UHGV virus genome: UHGV-0116392
Length of the DNA stretch: 16,211 nt
Source of the DNA: a virus
Strand: one strand, 5' to 3'
Shown here: in pieces, positions 1 through 7,976 of the stretch
Position numbering within the stretch: the stretch's first letter is position 1
Layout: every line of letters begins with the position of its first letter
Translations under genes and position numbers: made by a program
The notes under the pieces: model-generated
Databases searched by the model: none
The model's input: only the letters and a program-made list of their open reading frames with translations
Told to the model about the DNA's origin: nothing

Positions 1-14
1 CTATTCACACATGG

Positions 15-137
15 TTACGTTTTGGGGAAATTATGAGGGGATCTCTCAGTGCTGAGTATCGTCTGATAATCAGGCGCACTGATCCCCTCCGCGGTTACCT
101 TTGCAGATAAACCGAGAGAATCAAGGTTCAGAGCCAT
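15..137 (-). pseudogene. Possible truncated baseplate J-like gene start (40 codons, then TAA)
   Basis: Minus-strand ATG at 137-135 overlaps the TAA of the upstream gene (TAATG coupling). It translates MALNLDSLGLSAKVTAEGISAPDYQTILSTERSPHNFPKT and stops at 17-15. This is the position where a baseplate J gene follows a gp25/W-like gene in contractile-tail clusters. Identity is inferred from position only. Confidence 0.3.
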
Positions 138-490
138 TACGCCTCCGATGTAACAGTCGTTATTCCATAGAGAGTGTCGATTTCAGCGGAAAACATGACA
201 CGTCGGGTCGTGGTATCCACCGTCGTATTGAAAGAGAGGATTGATTTAACGCCCTGCGTTTCCAGAATGCGTTTTCTGATCGCTAGGTTGTAAGTTTCCG
301 GTTTTTGCCTGCCCAGCACAGACTGGAACCACGGAGTCCCTTCGGTAGTGTCGAGAAACCATTGCCCATACCACAATTCGAATCGCGTTTTCACAGCCTG
401 TGCCACGGCCTCAGGCGAGTTAATCAGCCAGGTGTCATCACCGCTGCCAAAGGTGTAATCGCCATCGGCGTCTTCACGTCTGTATCGCAT
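137..490 (-). CDS. Small baseplate protein (gp25/W-like or DUF2634-like position), 117 aa
   Basis: ORF with ATG at 490 overlapping the stop of the spike gene. Size and placement between spike and J-like gene fit a baseplate wedge protein. No motif confirmed. Confidence 0.5.
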   Translation of the reverse strand: MRYRREDADGDYTFGSGDDTWLINSPEAVAQAVKTRFELWYGQWFLDTTEGTPWFQSVLGRQKPETYNLAIRKRILETQGVKSILSFNTTVDTTTRRVMFSAEIDTLYGITTVTSEA

Positions 491-1242
491 CAGTTTACCC
501 CGTCGGTACTGCTTCCACCGCGCTGAACACCGCCATGAGTGTGCGTATCATCGATTGGCTTGCCGTTAGCCTTAACGCTCCCCAAGAACTCAACAGCACC
601 AGTGATTTTTGAAGCCACGCCAGAAACAACAGACCCCACCATGCCTCCCATCCAGGTTAACAGGCCATGAATGGTTACTTTCTCAGAAAAATCAGCCAGA
701 GGGGCAACCACATCAAGGCCCCCCGGAGCGACAATTTTAATTTTCCTGGTATCAGGATTAAGCTCAAAATAGGTGCTGCCGTCATCACTACGCAACTGTG
801 TGGCACTGGTATTAATACCGCTAATCTTCCTTGCCTGCGACTGGGGACCGACAATACAAAACGCATCCGATAAATCATGCATTCTGTCATCGACCGGCTC
901 CTGTATCCCGCCACTCTGCCACCAGAAATCAATACAACGATCGGCAAAAATCACCAAACATTCATCACCGGCTTTAACTGGAAACGTTAGCGTACAGCCT
1001 CCGCCACGCGGGAATACCACTGGCACATCCACCAGCAATGGGTAATTTTTGGTAATGCGGTTGCCGTCGTTATCAATTTCAACGTAACGGATAGCAGGCT
1101 GTACAACCGCCGTCACCGCATCAGGAGCGAATGACTGAACAATGCCAGGCAAGGCGACACGGATCTGGTTCTTTGTTGTTTCCCGTTCAGATTTAAATGT
1201 TTCGGCAAGGTCGCCGCTGCGGGTCTGGTCAGATACTGCCAT
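490..1242 (-). CDS. Baseplate central spike protein (gpV/Mu gp45-like), 250 aa
   Basis: ATG at 1242 with GGAG upstream. The C-terminal HTHGG motif is consistent with a metal-binding spike tip. Assignment is by family resemblance and position in the baseplate cluster. Confidence 0.6.
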   Translation of the reverse strand: MAVSDQTRSGDLAETFKSERETTKNQIRVALPGIVQSFAPDAVTAVVQPAIRYVEIDNDGNRITKNYPLLVDVPVVFPRGGGCTLTFPVKAGDECLVIFADRCIDFWWQSGGIQEPVDDRMHDLSDAFCIVGPQSQARKISGINTSATQLRSDDGSTYFELNPDTRKIKIVAPGGLDVVAPLADFSEKVTIHGLLTWMGGMVGSVVSGVASKITGAVEFLGSVKANGKPIDDTHTHGGVQRGGSSTDGVN

Positions 1243-1261
1243 TTAGTAGGCTCCAGAAAGC

Positions 1262-1293
1262 AAAAAACCCGCCAAGTGGCGGGTTTGAATTTT
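1262..1293 (-). terminator. Rho-independent terminator downstream of the inserted two-gene cassette
   Basis: Plus strand reads aaaaaacccgcc-aagt-ggcgggttt. On the minus strand a perfect 6-bp GC stem (ggcggg/cccgcc, extendable with A:T pairs) is followed by TTTTTT. A-run and T-run on both sides make it potentially bidirectional. Confidence 0.7.
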
Positions 1294-1306
1294 GAGAAAT
1301 TTCAGC

Positions 1307-1735
1307 TTATGCAGTTAACGAGTCATCACCAATCTTCAGTAATTGATTAACGATTGCATCGACCTCTTCCGCATCCAGAATTACACTTCTCGCGGTAATC
1401 CGGTTGATTTTCCGCTCAAGCTTGTAATCAGAATTAACACGTTGGGCATGCGTCATTTTCAGTTTAACGCCGATTTTCTTTACTGCGTTAACATCAACAT
1501 CGTTAAGTGCAGCTGCCTCACCACTACAAAAGGCCGTATAGACTCGCATGTGAACTCCACCTTTTAGTTTTTCACCATCTTGTGTAGCGGTCGGTACCAG
1601 ATTGTTGGTGATCCGTAAGGCGGAATGGTACATACCATAGTATGCTCGGCTAATAGCATTTCTCGTCCACATCTCACCGTTTAGAGCCAGGGAATGCTTA
1701 GCCAATTCAAGAAAACAGGTATGCTCAACCGACAT
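1307..1735 (-). CDS. Hypothetical protein, 142 aa (cassette gene B; weak HEPN-like R-x6-H signature)
   Basis: ATG at 1735 overlaps the TAA of gene A (TAATG coupling). Sequence ...SRAYYGMYH... gives an R-x6-H spacing. About 43-45% GC by eye, lower than flanking tail genes. No family confidently recognised. Confidence 0.6.
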   Translation of the reverse strand: MSVEHTCFLELAKHSLALNGEMWTRNAISRAYYGMYHSALRITNNLVPTATQDGEKLKGGVHMRVYTAFCSGEAAALNDVDVNAVKKIGVKLKMTHAQRVNSDYKLERKINRITARSVILDAEEVDAIVNQLLKIGDDSLTA

Positions 1736-2466
1736 TAGAGTTCCCCGGCTTCAAAGCATCCGACGCATTCTGAATCCGCAAGCCCCGCAATAATAATCTC
1801 ATCAGCCAAGGCATTATTCATCTGCGAAAGAAGCACTGGATCGTCTGTTTTGACTTCAACGAACAGCGTATCAAGTTCTGACATTACATAAAAAACATGA
1901 GCGCCAGCAAGACGAGCGCGGTACTTTTCTGCAACGTTCATCATGAGCCGCCCAATAGTTTTTAGCTCCTGAGCATGATCTTTTTGGGTATGCAGATAAT
2001 TGAGCGTGTCATACCATTTGCCCATATCTTCAGGGCGCGGTACTTCCATTGCAGTTAGCATCGGCATCACCTTTTCAAGCAAATCGATATCAACCCAGTA
2101 TGCAGAAATTGTAGCAACCTCAGCCAATATCGTTGGATTAAGTGAATCAGATGCTTTCTGAATCATCACATACTGGCGAGCATGCAAACCTAAGTTACGC
2201 AGCGCAATCGTATAGTTACAAAAAGAAACTGGATCGTTAGGCGCTATTCTCAACCCCCGCTCACAGAGTGAACATCCTTCATCTATTTCACCAAGAACAA
2301 GCTTAGCTAAGCCTTCAATTGATAGCCCCTGATAACGTTCAGGTAGTTTCTTCGCTTCACGAATGATTCGATGGATTTCAAACTCACTCAGAAGGTTTTC
2401 ACCCTTAGTTAATGAAGGAGTCAGAAGATCTAACAGTTCTCCTGATTTTGGCTGCGCTAAACTCAT
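1735..2466 (-). CDS. Hypothetical protein, 243 aa (cassette gene A; two CxxC pairs)
   Basis: ATG at 2466 after a 150-bp intergenic gap. Contains CSLC near the N-terminus and CVGC at the extreme C-terminus. Lower GC than neighbours. No family recognised. Confidence 0.6.
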   Translation of the reverse strand: MSLAQPKSGELLDLLTPSLTKGENLLSEFEIHRIIREAKKLPERYQGLSIEGLAKLVLGEIDEGCSLCERGLRIAPNDPVSFCNYTIALRNLGLHARQYVMIQKASDSLNPTILAEVATISAYWVDIDLLEKVMPMLTAMEVPRPEDMGKWYDTLNYLHTQKDHAQELKTIGRLMMNVAEKYRARLAGAHVFYVMSELDTLFVEVKTDDPVLLSQMNNALADEIIIAGLADSECVGCFEAGEL

Positions 2467-2615
2467 GTTTTAGTTATTCCTGGCTTTAATGAAGTAGCAT
2501 ATCGATGGCAATCCACCATCAAAAAGTCAGTGCAGTGTAATCGCTCGTCTCAAAAAACAACAGTTTTTAGAGCACATTTTGTTGTTTTTCAGGCGTTACG
2601 AATTTCAGGTTACCT

Positions 2616-2948
2616 TCACCCAGCCACTTTTTTACAAGGGAAAGATCCTATGATTTTCGGCGCATCCATGCTGTTCTGCAGAAGCTGGACATTCAGGAAA
2701 GCTTTTCCGTTACGTTTCACAAACTCAAAGCCGTAATTGTTACCATCACGGGAAGGCATCAGGCCCATGTCCATTTTTATGTTTGAATAGTCACCATCTT
2801 TTCCCAGAAATTTTATCTTCTGTGATGTGACAGTTTCACCGTTAATAACAGTCATTCCGTCACCGGTCATCGTGTAGTTGCCGCACTGAATTGCAGCCAT
2901 CGCCGGAGCAGTAACCATCATAACTAACGCCAAACATAACCGTTTCAT
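2616..2948 (-). CDS. Small secreted/periplasmic protein, ~110 aa, with cleavable signal peptide
   Basis: ATG at 2948-2946 overlaps the TAA of the hub gene (TAATG), with AGAGGG Shine-Dalgarno upstream. N-terminus MKRLCLALVMMVTAPAMA-AIQ has a positive n-region, hydrophobic core and AxA site. The mature protein has two Cys. The six-frame track's start at 3026 is an upstream in-frame extension inside the hub gene. Confidence 0.6.
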   Translation of the reverse strand: MKRLCLALVMMVTAPAMAAIQCGNYTMTGDGMTVINGETVTSQKIKFLGKDGDYSNIKMDMGLMPSRDGNNYGFEFVKRNGKAFLNVQLLQNSMDAPKIIGSFPCKKVAG

Positions 2949-4012
2949 TAAAGCCCTCTTTCCCTCGCTGATGAGGAAACAAGATCCGCCGCGCCACGCG
3001 CTTCGCACATCATATCCATGTACCACGCCTGGCCCCTTGTATCGCCAGTGTACATAATCCCGCGCACAATATAAACGCCATCCGTTGCGATGCTGGCAGG
3101 TTGTGCTGTGGTGCCGCTGAGTGTGATATTTCCGTCCGTGTTCTGGTCGGTGCTCTGCCCACCAGCCATCGCAATATCATTGTTCGACAGCGCGGTGCGG
3201 TACACGGAAGCCTGATCCAGCTGAATAAGCCCGTTAACCCGGATGTTCGGATTAATAAGCGCGCGGACGTTTACGCCGTTACCGATAGTCTGCTGCGGCA
3301 TGCCAATAAGCCCGGTAGCGCTGTTGAGCACAATCGCTTCATGAACATATTCGTTATTCGCCACCATCTGGCGCTGACCGTCCACGAATTGCCATGTTGC
3401 GCCACATTGCCCGGCTACGTTATCCATTAGATGCCGCGTCATGCCAAAGAGTACCCGCCCCCGGGGGAATACAGTAGCAGGCATTTCAGGCGTCAGGCCT
3501 TCGGTCGCGCCTTTGGCCTCAAAGTCTTTCATCAGCGCACGGTTTACATCAGCGACCGTGTAACCGGCAGCCAGCGTCTGTGAGGTTATACTGGTGGCAA
3601 AAGCCAGATCAGTATCGGCTGCCTGAATCAGGACGTAGGAATCAACCGGGCTGTCTTTTCCTGTGACCGAGTAGCGAATTTCACCGCTGAAAATCAGTCC
3701 GTAGTTGCGGCCATCACTCTGGCCCACGTCCGCCGCATCAACCTCCCGCACGGTCCCGACATCGCTTGCCGACACCTCCGGCGCGATACCGTCGTAACCC
3801 GCAATCAGACGCACTTTCGAAAACTCCTGCCCGGTAATTCGGTTCACAGTATCTGCCGAGAGGTTATAAATTTTGATAGTCCCTACCCGGGACGCGCTGC
3901 TGATGTTGAACCAGTCGATCGTAAAGGTGACTTTGAAATCACTTAGCTCAATTCCCTGACCGTTCCCGTCCACAAGCTGCAGCTCGAAATGTCTCATCCA
4001 GTTCTGTGTCAT
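2948..4012 (-). CDS. Baseplate hub protein (gp27/gpD/XkdQ-like position), 354 aa
   Basis: ATG at 4012 with GGAG at about -10. Size and placement after the tape measure and two small genes fit a hub. Family not confirmed by motif. Confidence 0.5.
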   Translation of the reverse strand: MTQNWMRHFELQLVDGNGQGIELSDFKVTFTIDWFNISSASRVGTIKIYNLSADTVNRITGQEFSKVRLIAGYDGIAPEVSASDVGTVREVDAADVGQSDGRNYGLIFSGEIRYSVTGKDSPVDSYVLIQAADTDLAFATSITSQTLAAGYTVADVNRALMKDFEAKGATEGLTPEMPATVFPRGRVLFGMTRHLMDNVAGQCGATWQFVDGQRQMVANNEYVHEAIVLNSATGLIGMPQQTIGNGVNVRALINPNIRVNGLIQLDQASVYRTALSNNDIAMAGGQSTDQNTDGNITLSGTTAQPASIATDGVYIVRGIMYTGDTRGQAWYMDMMCEARGAADLVSSSARERGL

Positions 4013-4014
4013 GC

Positions 4015-4317
4015 TTACTCCGTTGATACCAGTAAATGACTGCGCCCGCCCAGGTCAGTTTTCGTGGGATAATCCTGTGTGTTGTCATCGCAGACCACCA
4101 ACAGCTTAAAACCAAGTCCCATACAGGCGTACTGCGCCAGCAGGTCGGCACCAGTGACGAGAGGAATACCGGAGATTACCGGCTCCCCTCTGTCGTTCTG
4201 CAGGTCCATAATCCAGTACAGATCGCGCCATATGATGCTAATCCGCCAGGTAACACCACCTAAGACGATGCTGAACTGCTGGTTGTCCGCTGTCAGCGGA
4301 ATTTCCTGAATTGTCAT
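4015..4317 (-). CDS. Tail/baseplate assembly protein, 100 aa (uncharacterised)
   Basis: ATG at 4317 abutting the stop of the upstream gene; tightly packed within the tail operon. Confidence 0.5.
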   Translation of the reverse strand: MTIQEIPLTADNQQFSIVLGGVTWRISIIWRDLYWIMDLQNDRGEPVISGIPLVTGADLLAQYACMGLGFKLLVVCDDNTQDYPTKTDLGGRSHLLVSTE

Positions 4318-4856
4318 TAGCCGCCCCCCAGTAATGACGCCACGTTACCCGTGATGCTTTTCAGCAGTGAAGTATCTGGAGGCTTTGTGGTTTTGTTGCC
4401 GCTATTCTGTACCGCCGACGTGCTGGCCCCTTCCTTCATGTTGGTTTTATCCGCGACGGTAATCTGCTGTGTCCGGGAGATAAGGACCTCCCTCAGGGTG
4501 AGGACGGCAGACAGGACGTTTTCGGTTGTCTTGTCCGTCGTCACTTCCAGCGCCCGGATCAACATGTTGCTGTACAGTCGTTTACCGGTTACCACATCGA
4601 AGGGGATACGGCTTTCCTGCAGATCCAGTAGCTCCTGATACGTCTGCTGAGGACTCAGGCCGAGCAGGCTGGTAGCCGTCAGATTACTGGCAAAATCCAG
4701 CAATGCGCCGCCACCGGCGAAACCAACCTCCATCACCACTTCTGACGGTTTTTTATAGGCATGATCAGCGACAGCGGCCCCAACCTCTACCGGATGCTCT
4801 GTTATTTCAAGCATATCTGTATGCTTCTCTGAAATAACAACACTGGGAACAATCAT
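4317..4856 (-). CDS. Tail protein downstream of tape measure, ~179 aa (uncharacterised)
   Basis: The track ORF begins at a GTG at 4904 overlapping the tape-measure stop. An internal ATG at 4856 is preceded by AGGA at -7 and is preferred as the start. Confidence 0.5.
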   Translation of the reverse strand: MIVPSVVISEKHTDMLEITEHPVEVGAAVADHAYKKPSEVVMEVGFAGGGALLDFASNLTATSLLGLSPQQTYQELLDLQESRIPFDVVTGKRLYSNMLIRALEVTTDKTTENVLSAVLTLREVLISRTQQITVADKTNMKEGASTSAVQNSGNKTTKPPDTSLLKSITGNVASLLGGG

Positions 4857-4903
4857 TCCTATTTTTCTGCTCTGCTGATGAAAAAGTGTAGAGAGAATAT
4901 CCA

Positions 4904-6892
4904 CTAACCCACCCTCACCTGATTACTTCGCATGACCTGAGCATTTGCAGACTGTTGCCGACGTGCAACCTCATTACCGACAGCGTGCGGATCTCCGCCA
5001 CCGTAAATGTGGTAGGTATTTTGCTGGTTAACCTCTGTCACTTTGCCACTAATTCCCGCCACGGCAGCCTTATTAATCAGCTCTCGAGAATAGATATTTC
5101 TTCCATTCTCATGCTGGATAATGCTGCTCATCAATGCTGACATGGTTTGCGGATCGCTCATATTCAGGGCAGCCCGGGGATCCACTCCCAGTCGTTGCGA
5201 TACAGCCCTGATATACGCAGTTGTGTTGTTATTATCAGACGCAGGTGCCCAGGTAGAGATAATTTTCTCCACACTGTTTATTCCCCGTCCGGCGTACAGC
5301 ATTAACTGACGAGCAAGAGCCCGTAATCCATCAAAGGCAGTTTCAAATCTGGCAAATCGCCCGCCCGGGCGTTCAAGAGAAGCCCCTGCCTGACCAGCAA
5401 AATTAAGGTTTCCCGGATTGTTATTCCGTTCTCCTCGTTTCGTAGCCTGTGCATGTTGTTCCGGCTCATCATCACCAAACCAGCCGCGTACCGTCCGGCC
5501 CACACTGCGGGGATCAAATCCCCAGTGCTCTTTAATCCAGTCGGCAGTACTGTTAGCGCTGTCTGTAACCATCGGCATCGCTGACGGATTTTCGCTGCCC
5601 TGATTAAGTATCTGTTTGCCGATGCTGACGGCATCAGCCCAGCGGCCATCTTTGATAGCGTTGAGCAGGTCGGCGATCATGTTCAGCATTTTGCTGAATT
5701 CGCCCATCTGGTCGATGAAGTTGCTGAAATCCCACTTCAGGGACCATGATTTGGGGTCAATATTGAGCAGTTTCGCCAGCGCTTTCACCAGGTCGTTAAC
5801 GGTCGTTTTAAGGTCACGAACCATCTTCAGCGCGGCATCAACCTCCGGTTTCCACTTGCCCCAGTCAATCAGGCTGTCGCCGCCTTCCTTCCAGGTCTGA
5901 TAGTCCTCCCACAGGAGGGCAATCCCCGCCGCCAGCGCGGTAATGAGGCCAATCGGCGACATCCAGAACGTACTGTTCAGAATGCGCAGCGCAATCGTCA
6001 GTGCGCCAAACAGCGAGATCAACTCCCGCGTTTGCTTATCCAGCGATTGCCACCAGGTGATGAGGCCTGATGTCCCCTCAATCAGTCTGAAGAACAGCCG
6101 CCCGATAATATCCCCGAGCGCCAGAATGCCTTTTATGGCTTTCGTCAGGGTCTGCTCGATACGCGGGAAGTTGTCCAGGATATGGCGGCGCAGTGTGTCC
6201 AGCGAACCCGCAAGCCCACCCGCAAGATTAGAGCCGATTTTGTCACGGGCCATGCCTGCCATCGCGCCAAACTCACGCAGGGAGGTCATAAATTTGTTGG
6301 AGCTTCTGGCCGCCTCGTCAGCATTGAAGCCGATAGCTTTCGCCATTGCGCTGTACTGCCCGGAGAAGCCACCCACACCGCGACGCATAGCCAACAGGGT
6401 ATTTTCGTCAATGCCCAGCATCTGCGCATACTGGTTAGCACGGTAATACGGCATGTCGCTGAGCTTCTGGCCTACCCCTGTAAAAATAGCGGCCATGTCA
6501 CGCATGTTACCGCTGGCATCCCGTGTCTGTACCCCCAGACGATTCAGAAATCCCTCCGCCCCGGGATTATTACGAATAAACCGGGAGAGGTTTTCCAGAG
6601 AAGATCGCGCAGCGTCCACGCTGCCGCCAACCTGCGAAACCGCATAGCCAATAGACTGAATTCCCTGGACTGTCGCGCCGGTGCGCTGTGACGCCCAGTA
6701 AAGATTATCCAGGCCGGAGGCGATCTTAGCCGTGAAGGCCACCACGGACAGCGCCGCTCCTTCGACGGCCAGCCCCATTTTGATGACATTTGCAGTTGTA
6801 CCGGCGAGGACAGAACCGAATTTTTTCGCTCCTGCATCATCCACACTGAAGCCAAGCGAGACAAGGAAATCTTTAATAGTCTCGGCGTTCAT
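4904..6892 (-). CDS. Tail tape measure protein, ~662 aa
   Basis: Largest ORF, directly downstream of the chaperone gene. ATG at 6892 is preceded by GGAGAGAGGA; the track's start at 6913 is an upstream TTG. The protein is Ala/Gly/Leu-rich with a hydrophobic segment (LISLFGALTIALRIL...LITALAAGIALLW) and a distinct C-terminal region. Confidence 0.8.
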   Translation of the reverse strand: MNAETIKDFLVSLGFSVDDAGAKKFGSVLAGTTANVIKMGLAVEGAALSVVAFTAKIASGLDNLYWASQRTGATVQGIQSIGYAVSQVGGSVDAARSSLENLSRFIRNNPGAEGFLNRLGVQTRDASGNMRDMAAIFTGVGQKLSDMPYYRANQYAQMLGIDENTLLAMRRGVGGFSGQYSAMAKAIGFNADEAARSSNKFMTSLREFGAMAGMARDKIGSNLAGGLAGSLDTLRRHILDNFPRIEQTLTKAIKGILALGDIIGRLFFRLIEGTSGLITWWQSLDKQTRELISLFGALTIALRILNSTFWMSPIGLITALAAGIALLWEDYQTWKEGGDSLIDWGKWKPEVDAALKMVRDLKTTVNDLVKALAKLLNIDPKSWSLKWDFSNFIDQMGEFSKMLNMIADLLNAIKDGRWADAVSIGKQILNQGSENPSAMPMVTDSANSTADWIKEHWGFDPRSVGRTVRGWFGDDEPEQHAQATKRGERNNNPGNLNFAGQAGASLERPGGRFARFETAFDGLRALARQLMLYAGRGINSVEKIISTWAPASDNNNTTAYIRAVSQRLGVDPRAALNMSDPQTMSALMSSIIQHENGRNIYSRELINKAAVAGISGKVTEVNQQNTYHIYGGGDPHAVGNEVARRQQSANAQVMRSNQVRVG

Positions 6893-7124
6893 TATCCTCT
6901 CTCCATTTCTCAATGCGCCGCTGGTTATCCGCTTTTACCGCCAGATGGTCATTCAAGAGAGCAATGTCGTACAAATCGACAGAGCCATCTTTAAGTGCTG
7001 TATAAGGAATTAACCCGGCGTCAACCGGATTGAGAAGGTAGGACAGCCCGTCCGGCAGGCTGTTAAACGTCAGCCCTGTTGCAGGCTCTGCGTCGTGCTG
7101 GTAAGGGGTGTAGGCAAAAAATTT
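6873..7124 (-). other. Programmed -1 frameshift extension of the tail assembly chaperone (lambda G/GT analogue)
   Basis: Slippery heptamer A_AAT_TTT at 7124-7118 in the chaperone frame (codons GGA AAT TTT TTG). The -1 frame is open without stops from there to TAA at 6875-6873, checked codon by codon. It runs past the chaperone stop and overlaps the tape-measure start. Confidence 0.7.
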
Positions 7125-7522
7125 CCCAGCGAATCGGCGACCACCCGCGCCACCAGCTGCAGCATGACCAGCAGGTCAATATCATCAAACATCAGTTCGC
7201 CCTGGGTAAATACCGGCACCCATCCGTCCATATGACGCCGCGATACCACCGCAAGACAGGGATGAATAATCGCATCGGTGTCATCTTCGGTCAGGGAAGA
7301 CAGTTCCTCAGCGATACGCGGGAGCATGGTTTCAAACACCGGTTTTAACTGCTCGAATTTCACGGTGTCGATTTTGCCGTCAGCAGGCAAACGGGAGCGA
7401 ATGCTCCCGAAATCTGACATCATTCCCGCCAGTACCGGCAGAAGTTTGCGGGTCACTTTCAGCTGGTCAAAAACGCTGAGTTTTGCCACGCGATATTTCA
7501 CGCCTTTGATTTCGAATTCCAT
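7070..7522 (-). CDS. Tail assembly chaperone, 150 aa
   Basis: Lies between the tube and tape-measure genes, with ATG at 7522 and GGGGAG upstream. It contains the frameshift site near its 3' end. Confidence 0.7.
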   Translation of the reverse strand: MEFEIKGVKYRVAKLSVFDQLKVTRKLLPVLAGMMSDFGSIRSRLPADGKIDTVKFEQLKPVFETMLPRIAEELSSLTEDDTDAIIHPCLAVVSRRHMDGWVPVFTQGELMFDDIDLLVMLQLVARVVADSLGNFLPTPLTSTTQSLQQG

Positions 7523-7525
7523 GTA

Positions 7526-7966
7526 TTAAAACTCCCCGAGAACCTGGTCAATCTTGCCGCAGTCAAACACCCACGGCATCGTATTACCGGTTTTAGCGTT
7601 GGCATTATCCGGTTGTTTCTGGAACGCAACACTGCGTGCCGTGATGATGTCGCCGCTGACCTTGTTGCGGATCACGATAACGTTATTCCCCCATGTGGCA
7701 GAAGACTGGCTCTGTGCGTTATACGCCAGCGACAATTTTTTATTTGTCGGTGATGTCTTCAGAAGGTTAACGGTAATCGTCCCGCTTTTATCTGCATGGA
7801 GGCTGTGCATCACTTCACCATCAGCACCGATGGTCATGGTGTTTTTAGGACCGCCCATCGCAACCACAATCCCCTCTTCAGAACTTGCAGAACCGTACCC
7901 GAGGTCAATCGAACCGGTCGGGCCGGTCAGCGTCGCAGTGACATCCATAAAAGAATAGGTAGACAT
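7526..7966 (-). CDS. Tail tube protein (DUF3277-like), 146 aa
   Basis: Immediately downstream of the sheath gene. N-terminus MSTYSF and size fit the tube of DUF3383-sheath-type contractile tails. Confidence 0.7.
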   Translation of the reverse strand: MSTYSFMDVTATLTGPTGSIDLGYGSASSEEGIVVAMGGPKNTMTIGADGEVMHSLHADKSGTITVNLLKTSPTNKKLSLAYNAQSQSSATWGNNVIVIRNKVSGDIITARSVAFQKQPDNANAKTGNTMPWVFDCGKIDQVLGEF

Positions 7967-7976
7967 TCACTTCCCC

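Noticed and set aside
1307-2466. Calling the two-gene cassette a HEPN/MNT toxin-antitoxin pair.
   Set aside because: Gene A shows no nucleotidyltransferase motif (GS-x9-13-D-x-D), and the R-x6-H in gene B is N-terminal and at the edge of the HEPN spacing range. Kept as a hypothesis, not a call.
5943-6691. Plus-strand ORFs of 167 and 169 aa (5943-6446, 6182-6691) overlapping the tape measure gene, and similar plus-strand ORFs across 305-10218.
   Set aside because: They lie antisense to well-supported, tightly packed minus-strand genes, have no ribosome-binding sites and give low-complexity Arg/Ser/Pro-rich translations. They are typical shadow ORFs of GC-rich coding DNA.
4904-6913. Upstream-extended starts offered by the track for the tape measure (TTG at 6913), rha (GTG at 12314), the post-tape-measure gene (GTG at 4904) and the AT-rich gene (GTG at 10954).
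   Set aside because: In each case an in-frame ATG a few codons downstream has a much better Shine-Dalgarno. The longest-ORF starts are artefacts of accepting GTG and TTG.
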